Source: an uncultured bacterium
Lineage (GTDB): Bacteria > Latescibacterota > MWCZ01 > CAZVGZ01
DNA: 64,000 nucleotides
NCBI GenBank assembly: GCA_964627605.1
Contig: CAZVGZ010000002.1
Coordinates: 84,846 to 148,845, forward strand
Reading direction: 5' to 3'
The position numbers were made by a program, and so were the translations under genes. How positions within the stretch are numbered: the stretch's first letter is position 1; each line of letters starts with the position of its first letter. The notes beneath the pieces are model-generated. The model had not been told where the DNA came from. It was given only the letters and a program-made list of their open reading frames with translations, and ran no database searches. Positions 40,483 through 49,663 of this stretch are shown here, piece by piece.

Positions 40483-42378
40483 CTAAAGCACCAACCACAC
40501 GAGAAATGCCGTTCCTACAACCAGTGCGAACGCGTAGCTCCCGGTCTTACCGGTCTGCCAGAAACTGAGGAAAAAGCCCACGCTCTTCCACAGAAGGCCG
40601 CCACCGAACACGACCAAACCGTTGTGTATTACCCAGTCGTCAAAGATTCGCCAACATTTTTGGGCCGACCATACAACTGGTCGGACTACAGCAGCGTTGT
40701 AGACCTCGTCCACATACCACTTGTCCCACAGCACTTTGGATATTCCAGCAGGCTGCTTAGACACCGTAGCCTCTATCGCCTCCGATGACGGGGCACCATA
40801 CTTCTTCCACGCCAGCACCACGCCAGTTGCCACCATCGCGATGGAGATCGCCATCAGTATGGTCTCAACACTGGCTGAAGGATGCTCCAAACCGGTCCTT
40901 AACGGTGCGCTTTCTCCAATGAGATGGCTAAACCAGGTGGACATATGAAACGGAAGCTCTACGTAACCAGTGAGAATCGAACCCGCCGCCAAGATCATCA
41001 ACGGAATGGTCATTACCAGCCCAGGAACGTGAAGATCACCGGACTTCGCCATCTCAGAGCGCGGTTCACCGTGGAATGTCAGAAATACCAGTCGCCACGT
41101 ATAGAAAGCCGTCATCCCAGCGCCAAGGACGCCCAACGCCCACGGGCCGTAATTCCCCGAGGCGAACGTCATCGCCAGAATGCCGTCTTTCGAGAAAAAT
41201 CCGGCTGTAAACGGTATTCCAGACAGAGCTGCTGCGCCGATGACAAACGTCCAGTAGACCACAGGCAGTTTTTTGCGAAGACCACCCATCTTTGTGATGT
41301 CCTGCTCGTCGTGCAGCGCGTGGATGACCGCTCCCGCCCCTAGGAACAGAAGCGCTTTGAAAAATGCGTGGGTCACCAGGTGGAACAGCCCGAATGCGTA
41401 GGCACCAGCACCAACGGCGATGAACATGTATCCCAACTGGCTGATAGTCGAGTACGCCAAAACCTTCTTAATGTCGTTCTGTATCAGGCCGATAGTCGCA
41501 GCAAAGAACGCAGTGCCAGCGCCAATCCACACGACTGCGCTCGCAGAGATGGGTGCGATGTCGAACAGAAAAGCGTTTCGAGCGATCATGTACACGCCAG
41601 CGGTAACCATCGTAGCTGCGTGGATCAGCGCACTTACCGGTGTTGGGCCTGCCATCGCGTCAGGAAGCCAGACAAACAGCGGGATCTGCGCCGATTTGCC
41701 GGTAGCGCCCAGAAGCAGAAGGAGAGTCACAGCGGTCGCCACCCCTGTCATCGCCTCTGACTGAGACATGACAGCCTGGAAATTGAGCGTACCGACAGTC
41801 GTCCAGACCAGAAGTATGGCGATCAGGAATCCAAAGTCACCGATCCGGTTGACTACGAACGCTTTGCGCGCTGCCTCACGGGTGGTCGCACCCTCGAACG
41901 GCTTCTCAAACCAGAACCCAATGAGCAGGTACGAACATAGCCCGACGCCCTCCCAGCCCATGAACATGACGAGATAGTTGTCTCCCAAAACCAGGATCAA
42001 CATCATCGCCGCAAAAAGGTTCAGATAGGCGAAAAAACGGGAGTAGCGCGGGTCACCGTGCATGTAGCCGATGCTGTATACATGTATCAGAGAACCGACA
42101 AATGTGACGACCATTAGCATGATCGCCGAGCACTCATCCACCAGGAAACCCATATCCACAGACAGCCGACCAGCAACCATCCACGAAAACAGCTTTGTGG
42201 TAATCGGCCCTTCGCCACCCACAACCGCCGAAAACGCTCCGACGCTGAGCGCAAACGCCCCAGCCATCGCCGCTACAGCAATCCAAGCGCTAGCAGCTTT
42301 GAGGCGCACCCCAAAAAGGATGTTTACCGCAAACCCGATGAGCGGTAGAACCGGTATCCATGCGATGCTGTTGTCCAC
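40483..42378 (-). CDS. nuoL: NADH-quinone oxidoreductase subunit L
   Basis: WEGVGLCSY, KSAQIPL..WLPDAMAGPTPVSALIHAATMV, HAFFKA. Confidence 0.96.
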   Translation of the reverse strand: MDNSIAWIPVLPLIGFAVNILFGVRLKAASAWIAVAAMAGAFALSVGAFSAVVGGEGPITTKLFSWMVAGRLSVDMGFLVDECSAIMLMVVTFVGSLIHVYSIGYMHGDPRYSRFFAYLNLFAAMMLILVLGDNYLVMFMGWEGVGLCSYLLIGFWFEKPFEGATTREAARKAFVVNRIGDFGFLIAILLVWTTVGTLNFQAVMSQSEAMTGVATAVTLLLLLGATGKSAQIPLFVWLPDAMAGPTPVSALIHAATMVTAGVYMIARNAFLFDIAPISASAVVWIGAGTAFFAATIGLIQNDIKKVLAYSTISQLGYMFIAVGAGAYAFGLFHLVTHAFFKALLFLGAGAVIHALHDEQDITKMGGLRKKLPVVYWTFVIGAAALSGIPFTAGFFSKDGILAMTFASGNYGPWALGVLGAGMTAFYTWRLVFLTFHGEPRSEMAKSGDLHVPGLVMTIPLMILAAGSILTGYVELPFHMSTWFSHLIGESAPLRTGLEHPSASVETILMAISIAMVATGVVLAWKKYGAPSSEAIEATVSKQPAGISKVLWDKWYVDEVYNAAVVRPVVWSAQKCWRIFDDWVIHNGLVVFGGGLLWKSVGFFLSFWQTGKTGSYAFALVVGTAFLVWLVL

Positions 42379-42393
42379 GAGTTCTTCCTGGAA

Positions 42394-42696
42394 TTACCAA
42401 CGTAGAAGGTCTGTGTGGTCGGTGTCTAGAGTGTTTTTGACCCTGAACAAGACAACCATGAGCGCTAGCCCAACAGCCACCTCCGCCGCAGCGACGGTCA
42501 TAACAAACAGCACAAACGCCTGTCCAGCCAGATCGCCCCAGTTCCTGGCGAAAGCGACGAAAGCCAGATTGACCGCGTTGAGCATCAGCTCTATCGACAT
42601 TAACATAAAAATCGCGTTCCGACGGATAAGCACCCCGGCTGCGCCGATGACAAACAGCGCCGCGCTTAAGACCAGATACTGTTCGGTGGGGATCAT
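42394..42696 (-). CDS. nuoK: NADH-quinone oxidoreductase subunit K
   Basis: [27 protein letters not shown]. Confidence 0.95.
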   Translation of the reverse strand: MIPTEQYLVLSAALFVIGAAGVLIRRNAIFMLMSIELMLNAVNLAFVAFARNWGDLAGQAFVLFVMTVAAAEVAVGLALMVVLFRVKNTLDTDHTDLLRW

Positions 42697-42709
42697 CCGG
42701 CTTTCCAGT

Positions 42710-43255
42710 TCACGCGTTCTGCTGTGGGGGGTTGGCTGGTGTATCGGCTGCAACATCCGCACCGCCGCTCTTTTTGCCCAGATAGGCAGCGCCGACAACG
42801 GCAACGAGCAGCAGGACCGAGAGTAGTTCGACAATCAACAACAGAGGCGGATCGGTAAAAAGTGCTGTAGAAAATGACTTCACAGGCTCAAGGCCGCCAG
42901 GTGCGCTGGGGTGGCGGAACGATTGTTCTACAGACGAGAGCGACATTATCCCCACGACACCAGTAAGCGCCAGACCGACATATGTTCGCCAGTTTTTCCA
43001 CAGCTTTATGCCCGATTCGCGCTCCAGATTCAGAAGCATTATGACGAACAGGTAGAGCACCATAATCGCGCCAGCATAGACCAACACCTGGAAGACCCCC
43101 AAGAGCGGCGCGTCCAACACGACAAACAGCCCTGCGAGGCTTAGAAGAACACCGATTAGGTAGATCGCCGCATAGACCGGATGGCGGCTCAGTATCATCG
43201 CCAAAGCGCAGACAACACTGACAGTCCCAAGCCCATAAAAAGCTGCTGTTTCCAT
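42710..43255 (-). CDS. nuoJ: NADH-quinone oxidoreductase subunit J
   Basis: [20 protein letters not shown]. Confidence 0.93.
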   Translation of the reverse strand: METAAFYGLGTVSVVCALAMILSRHPVYAAIYLIGVLLSLAGLFVVLDAPLLGVFQVLVYAGAIMVLYLFVIMLLNLERESGIKLWKNWRTYVGLALTGVVGIMSLSSVEQSFRHPSAPGGLEPVKSFSTALFTDPPLLLIVELLSVLLLVAVVGAAYLGKKSGGADVAADTPANPPQQNA

Positions 43256-43262
43256 CGGTAGC

Positions 43263-43865
43263 CTAGTGCCCGCCCCCTGCGCTGGTGGTCCCGATCGCTG
43301 GGCTCACAGGCGCTGGTTTCTGCCAACTCGTAAGATCGACTGGACGCCGCTGCTCATCACCCACACCAAAATCTTCACCGTCCAAGGTCTTCTCATCTTT
43401 TGTTTCATCGTAGATCGACAACAACTTGTCCAAGCCGAACACCATATCCTCGCGGTTTCTGTCGACCATGTGATACAGTCTGGTCATTGATATGGCGTCT
43501 TTTGGGCACGCCTCCACACAGTATCCGCAGTAGATGCACTTTAGTTCGTCAATCTCAAATATCTTGGGGATTTTGTCTCGATCTTCCCAATCAACCTCGG
43601 TGGCTTTTATGGTTATGCAGTGCGCCGGACATGCCGACGCGCACATCTCGCACGCAACGCACTTGATCCTGTCAGACTCGCCTTTATTGAGCCTGTGGAC
43701 GCCCCTATAATTGGGCAGAAAATCACGTTCCTCTTCAGGATACTGTAGTGTGATCTTTTTGGAGAACATGTGGCGCAAGGTCAACTTCATTCCCGTCAAG
43801 ATAGCCGGGAAATAAAATCGCTCCGCCAGAGTTAGCTTCTTTGATCTGCCGACGTTTATTGCCAC
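43263..43865 (-). CDS. nuoI: NADH-quinone oxidoreductase subunit I
   Basis: TLQYPEE, CVACEMCASACP, CIYCGYCVEACP. Confidence 0.95.
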   Translation of the reverse strand: MAINVGRSKKLTLAERFYFPAILTGMKLTLRHMFSKKITLQYPEEERDFLPNYRGVHRLNKGESDRIKCVACEMCASACPAHCITIKATEVDWEDRDKIPKIFEIDELKCIYCGYCVEACPKDAISMTRLYHMVDRNREDMVFGLDKLLSIYDETKDEKTLDGEDFGVGDEQRRPVDLTSWQKPAPVSPAIGTTSAGGGH

Positions 43866-43891
43866 TTAATCCTCTACGCTTTTTGCTGACA

Positions 43892-44932
43892 TTACGCCGT
43901 CACCGCCAACCATACAGCGGTGATGAATACATTGGCGAGAGTCGCCGGGAGTAGCCTTTTCCAGCCGATCCGCATAAGCTGATCGTACTTGAATCGAGGC
44001 AGTGTCCACCTAACCCAGTTATATAGGAACATGAACGCCAAAGCTTTGAGGAAGAACACGCCGAATGAGAGTAAGGACACCCAGAGTGTCTTGGGAAGAA
44101 GCTCCAGACCAGGAAACTGCCATCCACCAAAAAACAGTATTACCGCAAGTGCTGACTGCAAGAACATATTGATGTATTCAGCCAGGAAAAAGATCGCGAA
44201 TTTGAGCGAGCTGTATTCGGTGTGGTAGCCCCCGACCAGCTCCTGTTCAGCCTCAGGTAGATCGAAAGGTAGCCGGTTGGTCTCGGCAAACATCGCGATG
44301 ATAAATGTAATCGCCGCCAACGGCTGGCAGAATACATTCCATTTGGGAAGCACGCCAAACCAGTAACCGGTCTGTCCAGCTATTATGTCGCTCAAACTTA
44401 GCGACCCGGCGACAAGCACAATCGCAACCAGGCTCAGACCCAGCGACAGCTCGTAGCTGATCATCTGCGCCGAAGCTCGAAGGCCGCCCATGAGCGAGTA
44501 TTTGTTGTTGGACGCCCAAGCTCCAAACACTATCCCGTATATACCGACTGAAGCCATCGCCAGAATGTAGAGCACACCGATGTTTAGATTCGCTATCTGA
44601 AACATCAACTGCTCACCAGCCCAGATAAACGGCCTGCCCAAAGGAACCACCGCGAAAGTTATCATAGCCGGAATCAGCACCATCAGCGGCGCCGAGACGA
44701 AGACTACTTTATCCACGTTGGCTGGGATAATATCCTCTTTGAAAAAGAACTTGACACCGTCGGCCATAAACTGAAGCAGGCCACGGGGACCAACCCTGTT
44801 GGGGCCTATCCTATCCTGAATCCACGCCGAAATCTTCCGCTCCCAAAAACTACCGAGCCCGCCGATCATCAGCGAAAGGCCGACCATCACCAGCACCAAG
44901 GCAACTGAGACTATGAACTGTGCCTGCGACAT
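43892..44932 (-). CDS. nuoH: NADH-quinone oxidoreductase subunit H
   Basis: QDRIGPNRVG, AQMISYE, AETNRLPFDLPEAEQELVGGYHTEYS. Confidence 0.96.
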   Translation of the reverse strand: MSQAQFIVSVALVLVMVGLSLMIGGLGSFWERKISAWIQDRIGPNRVGPRGLLQFMADGVKFFFKEDIIPANVDKVVFVSAPLMVLIPAMITFAVVPLGRPFIWAGEQLMFQIANLNIGVLYILAMASVGIYGIVFGAWASNNKYSLMGGLRASAQMISYELSLGLSLVAIVLVAGSLSLSDIIAGQTGYWFGVLPKWNVFCQPLAAITFIIAMFAETNRLPFDLPEAEQELVGGYHTEYSSLKFAIFFLAEYINMFLQSALAVILFFGGWQFPGLELLPKTLWVSLLSFGVFFLKALAFMFLYNWVRWTLPRFKYDQLMRIGWKRLLPATLANVFITAVWLAVTA

Positions 44933-46414
44933 CTAAAGAACCGCCTCTGGCTGCTGCGCCGTCTCAAGAGCCTGGGCCAGATCGCGGAGCGTTCGTTCGG
45001 CGGACCTGGTTCCTTCTGGTGCTATCACTGATGGGACATGCCCCTGCTCTAACCCCTGGTCGTTGGTAAAGCTGGCACGCTCTTCTGCCCAGTATCGCCC
45101 TGGCAGGAGCACGTCAGCCAACTGGGATATCGCCGATCGCTTCACGTCGATTACAACAAGTCTGCCCAACCGCTTCAACCTCTCCAGATCCTGCTCCGAG
45201 ACGTTCTCCAAATTCCAGGATGTGTTCAGCACGACGGCACCGCTCGCCTGCCCGTCGGCTATAAGTTCTTCGAGTGTCCGCCCCAAAATCTCTTTGGCAC
45301 CAGGTGTGTTTGGCGAGGTGTCACCAGGGATCGTGAACCCGCCAGGGAAGCTCTGTTCGGGCCACGAGTGGGCGTTGGGGATATACGCAAGTCGCTCAGA
45401 ACCCACCACGCTAGCCAACTCTCTAAGCGCCGTCAGCGCCTCGTTGGAGGTGTGTGTCGTAGCGATAAAGACCGCGTCATCTCCAGCATCTCTTATTATG
45501 TCAGACGCTTTGGCCACCCCATCGTCCCACGAGAGTTCTCTTGACGATTCGTCGCCGCCGTCGGATGCGCCGACAAGCCTGTCATCGCTCCTGACAGTTT
45601 TATATAGCTCCCTCGCCTTGTCGCAGATAAAGCGGCCTTGAACCTTCATGTTCGGCTTGGGTCTGACGCGTTGAAGCTCGTTGTTCATCTGGTCTAGATG
45701 CGTGTTGCACCCTTTGCTGCATCCTGGGCAGGTGGATGGCGTGGAGCGCAAGTTCCAGACCCTGGCTTTGAATAGAAAATCCTCACTTAGAAGAGCGCCC
45801 ACCGGGCAGAGGTTGACTATGTTGCCTGCCATGACGTTGTCGACGGGCATACCAGGGAAGATGTCGATCTCATTGCGGTTGCCGCGATTCATTATCGACA
45901 GCTCACCGGTGCCTACGTAATCCCTCAAAAACCTCACACACCTGTCGCAGAGGATGCATCGGTTAGTATAGAGTCTGATTCCACTGCTCAACTCTTTGGT
46001 TGGAAGTGTCCGCTTAGCCTCGGTCATCCTACTGTGGGTGTGGCCGTGGGCGAAGGCGTAGTCCTGAAGCTTGCACTCGCCAGCCTGATCGCACACCGGA
46101 CAGTCTGTGGGATGGTTTATCAGCAGAAATTCAAGAATATCCTGCCGCGCTTTCACCACATCGTCAGAATCGGTCTCGACGATCATCCCATCGCCTGCCG
46201 GAGTGCTGCACGCCGTCACCAACCCTTTCATCACATGACCGCCAGGTCCAGGCGCTTCACGGTAGACGAAACATATCCGGCAACTTGCCACCACCTCAAG
46301 ATCGGGATGATAGCAGTAGTGCGGCACATGCGATCCGACTTTGGCCGCAGCGCCAATAAGGTTCGTTCCGTCGGGGACGGTGATTTCCGTTCCATTTACT
46401 GTGAGTGTTGGCAT
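44933..46414 (-). CDS. nuoG: NADH-quinone oxidoreductase subunit G (short, 493 aa)
   Basis: CYHP..CRIC (N1b), HPTDCPVCDQAGEC (N5), CILCDRC..CPVG (N4), CPGCSKGC..C (N7). Confidence 0.9.
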   Translation of the reverse strand: MPTLTVNGTEITVPDGTNLIGAAAKVGSHVPHYCYHPDLEVVASCRICFVYREAPGPGGHVMKGLVTACSTPAGDGMIVETDSDDVVKARQDILEFLLINHPTDCPVCDQAGECKLQDYAFAHGHTHSRMTEAKRTLPTKELSSGIRLYTNRCILCDRCVRFLRDYVGTGELSIMNRGNRNEIDIFPGMPVDNVMAGNIVNLCPVGALLSEDFLFKARVWNLRSTPSTCPGCSKGCNTHLDQMNNELQRVRPKPNMKVQGRFICDKARELYKTVRSDDRLVGASDGGDESSRELSWDDGVAKASDIIRDAGDDAVFIATTHTSNEALTALRELASVVGSERLAYIPNAHSWPEQSFPGGFTIPGDTSPNTPGAKEILGRTLEELIADGQASGAVVLNTSWNLENVSEQDLERLKRLGRLVVIDVKRSAISQLADVLLPGRYWAEERASFTNDQGLEQGHVPSVIAPEGTRSAERTLRDLAQALETAQQPEAVL

Positions 46415-46501
46415 TAGAACGGATATCCGGCGTCTGTGTCAGTCATGTCTGCTTCGGTCACAGATTTAGTATCAGGGAATTTCTGTGGGGCGCGAGCGTC
46501 G

Positions 46502-47809
46502 CTAGGCGACAACAGGCAGCCCACCAGCATTTTTCGAAATTAGCGCTTCGAACTCATGGCGGAACTTGCGAACCATGACTGTCGCAGGCCAACCGAACGA
46601 GACGCCAAACAGGCAGATCGTCTTGTTGAACTCAAACTTATCAATGTCGCCGACGTTCACCAGTATCTGTTCTAAAAGGTCCACGTCATCCGATGTACCT
46701 CGACCGTCCACCATTCTCTCGACAACATCGTGGATCCACTTGCACCCCTCGCGGCAAGGCGTACACTGCCCGCACGATTCGTGGACATAAAACTTCATCA
46801 TGTTGAGCAGCGTTTCAGGCATACTGACGGTCTCATCCATCACGATGACTCCCGCCGACCCCAACCCGCTCTGAACATCGCCCCTAGGTTTGAATGAGTC
46901 AGGAGCCATTCGTATGTCCAGCTCATCCGCCGTCAATACCGGCATGGACGAGCCACCAGGGATCACCGCTTTTATCTCATGCCCGTCGCGGACACCGCCA
47001 GCAAGCTCAATAAGCTCCCTGAGCGTAATATCCATGGTGCACTCATAGTTGCCCGGTTTATTAACGTGACCACTAACGCCATAGATCAGCGTTCCTGGGA
47101 ACGGCTCGTAGCCAATGCTCGTGAACCACTCGGCACCGTTGTTTACAATCATCGGCACATAGCAGAGAGTGCCCAGGTTGTTTACGGTAGTGGGGCGACC
47201 AAATGCACCGTATTGCGCAGGGAATGGCGGTTTGTTTCTTGGGTAGGCGCGTTTGCCCTCAAGCGACTCCATCAGCCCGGTCTCTTCACCACATATATAT
47301 GCACCAGCGCCAGGGTGTATGTGTACCTGAATCTCAACTTCGGTACCGCAGACGTTTTTGCCGATAAACCCTTTTTCCCGCGCCTGTTCTATCGCCTCAT
47401 CCATCAGTTTGATGCCAGCGGTCATCTCGCCTCTTATATAGACATAGGCGACACGCGCTCTGATCGCGTAGGCAGCTATTATCGCCCCCTCCAAACAGAG
47501 GTGGGGGTCTTTTTCAATGAGCGCCCGATCTTTGAAGGTCCCCGGCTCACTCTCATCGCAGTTGACGCACAGAACCGAGTCACCGTCTGGCTCCTTTGGC
47601 ATGAAGCTCCATTTCATGCCAGCGGAGAACCAGGCGCCGCCTCGCCCCTGAAGGTTGGCGGTTTTGATCAGATCGACAACATCGTCTGGTGAGAGTTCGG
47701 TAACGGCTTTTTTCAGCGCCGAATAGTTGCCGTGTTCGATAGCAACGTCGATATCCCGTATACCAGGGACGGCGAAATTCTTTTTTAAGAGGGGGTATTC
47801 TTGGGCCAT
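46502..47809 (-). CDS. nuoF: NADH-quinone oxidoreductase subunit F
   Basis: DESEPGTFKDR, GAGAYICGEET, ESCGQCTPCREG, TIC. Confidence 0.95.
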   Translation of the reverse strand: MAQEYPLLKKNFAVPGIRDIDVAIEHGNYSALKKAVTELSPDDVVDLIKTANLQGRGGAWFSAGMKWSFMPKEPDGDSVLCVNCDESEPGTFKDRALIEKDPHLCLEGAIIAAYAIRARVAYVYIRGEMTAGIKLMDEAIEQAREKGFIGKNVCGTEVEIQVHIHPGAGAYICGEETGLMESLEGKRAYPRNKPPFPAQYGAFGRPTTVNNLGTLCYVPMIVNNGAEWFTSIGYEPFPGTLIYGVSGHVNKPGNYECTMDITLRELIELAGGVRDGHEIKAVIPGGSSMPVLTADELDIRMAPDSFKPRGDVQSGLGSAGVIVMDETVSMPETLLNMMKFYVHESCGQCTPCREGCKWIHDVVERMVDGRGTSDDVDLLEQILVNVGDIDKFEFNKTICLFGVSFGWPATVMVRKFRHEFEALISKNAGGLPVVA

Positions 47810-48143
47810 TTACCGGGCTCTTCAAATTCTTTGGGGGCGCACTGTGGGGCCGTGTTTGTCGCCAGAACAATCAATATAACTGAACCCGACTCCAGCCAAC
47901 ACCCACGGAGCATCGCAATATATTCATCTCACACAGGTGTGAAAACTCCCGTTCGGCGAGAGGAGGAGCGCCAAGCGAGGGTTTTTTTCTCTATAGCGCA
48001 CCCGATCGGGAAGGCAGACTTATCGGATGCCGCATCTATGTGCCGACCAACTGCACTAAAGTAATCCTCCAAACACTGTTTTGCCTGTGACCTCGCTCAC
48101 CGCGGGTTTTATTGGGTTCTGTCGGAGTTCAATCCCACCAGGT

Positions 48144-49418
48144 CTATTCTACACTCCAAGGCAGATCGGAGTGGCTCCCTCGCAGCGATGCCAGAATCTC
48201 CTCTGTGGTGGTGTTTTCCCTGTTGAGCCAACCGTCTTGGGCCTCCTCAAGCAGCTCGCCTACAAGCGGCCCAGGAGGAACACCTGCGGACAGGAGCAGA
48301 TTGCCGTCGATAGGCGCACTGGTGGGATAATCATCGGGGCCGAGTCGATCGAGCTCTTTGCGAAAGTTGCGGTATGGTTTCTCTCTAACCGCCGATGCGC
48401 GCAGATTTGCGCGAAGGAGCGTCAGATGCGCCGGCGCGCGTTTTTGGCGCAGATGGCGCACTCGGTCTGCGCGACTGGATGCGTAGCCCGATAGCCACCA
48501 GCTTTGCTGCTCTACCAGCTCGACGATAGTGTCGCTGATCTCATTGGAGCAACGCCACCGACCCAGCAGCAAATCAATCTGCTCAATCGGCATCGAATGA
48601 CACAAGGCAGCCATAGCGACGCCAATCCCAGCGCGGTCGGGAAGAGCTCCTAGAACCGATATGTTGCGAGACCACCGGTCTCTACTATCACGCCTCAGCT
48701 CTTCAAGCTCTGGAGCGATCACCTCCAACAGCCCCAACTCGGCCAACTTCGCTACACCCTCAAACCGGGAGTGATGTTCCAATATCAACTCCAGTTCACC
48801 CAAAATCCGCTCAGGAGATATTCGGTCCATTGAGCCCGCTAGACTGCTGATGGCTCTTGCTGTTTCAGGCTCGATCTGAAATCCCAATCGGGCAGCAAAC
48901 CGGACCGCCCTCAGCAGCCTAAGGGAGTCCTCCTGGAACCGCTCAATTGGGTCTCCAATGGTCCGAACAAGGCGGCGATCTAAGTCGTCCACACCACCGA
49001 CAAGGTCTGTTACAACAGAGGATTCCGGATCAAAAAGAAGACCGTTTATCGTAAAATCGCGGCGCTGCACATCTGCCGCTTCATCACCAAAAGTCACCGA
49101 AGACGGACGCCGCCCATCTTTATACGCGCCATCTTCCCGAAAGGTCGCCACCTCGTAGGCGTGGCCTCGTAGATAGACTTGAATCACCCCAAAAGTCTGC
49201 CCAACAGCGCGGGTGTGGGAGAAGCAGCGGCGAATCTCCTTCGGGAGGGCGCTCGTGGCGATGTCGAAATCTTTGGGATCTCTTTTGAGCCATAGATCGC
49301 GAACGCACCCACCAACCAGAAAAGCACGAAAACCCTCGGCCCGCAGCCGCATTACGATCTGCACGCTGCTGGCGAAACCTGTGGGCTTGAAATCGATGTC
49401 TATCGGGTAGGTCGGCAT
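48144..49418 (-). CDS. CCA tRNA nucleotidyltransferase / poly(A) polymerase family
   Basis: VGGCVRD, DFD, EVATFR..DGRRP, RRDFTIN, EDSLRLLRAVRF. Confidence 0.92.
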   Translation of the reverse strand: MPTYPIDIDFKPTGFASSVQIVMRLRAEGFRAFLVGGCVRDLWLKRDPKDFDIATSALPKEIRRCFSHTRAVGQTFGVIQVYLRGHAYEVATFREDGAYKDGRRPSSVTFGDEAADVQRRDFTINGLLFDPESSVVTDLVGGVDDLDRRLVRTIGDPIERFQEDSLRLLRAVRFAARLGFQIEPETARAISSLAGSMDRISPERILGELELILEHHSRFEGVAKLAELGLLEVIAPELEELRRDSRDRWSRNISVLGALPDRAGIGVAMAALCHSMPIEQIDLLLGRWRCSNEISDTIVELVEQQSWWLSGYASSRADRVRHLRQKRAPAHLTLLRANLRASAVREKPYRNFRKELDRLGPDDYPTSAPIDGNLLLSAGVPPGPLVGELLEEAQDGWLNRENTTTEEILASLRGSHSDLPWSVE

Positions 49419-49663
49419 ATCAGCAATCAAGCTCGGTGTAGATCGCGGTGGGAAGCCGCTTCAGAGAGAACATAACACTCTGACGCATCGAGCGGCTTGG
49501 GGGACGGTTCACCAGTGTCAGCACCACCCCTGTCATTGGCCTGCATTCTCCAATGCCAGTACATTTAAACAGATCCCCCAGAACGGGTATTCGAGAGGGT
49601 CCGCAGCCAATCAAATCTACAGTGTTGGCACTCTAATCGTCACATCATAGACCGGCCTAGTTG

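Noticed and set aside
49430-49660. ORF 49420..49614 and other short ORFs overlapping assigned genes
   Set aside because: No motifs or RBS; best explained as a divergent promoter region or antisense/alternate-frame shadows in GC-rich DNA
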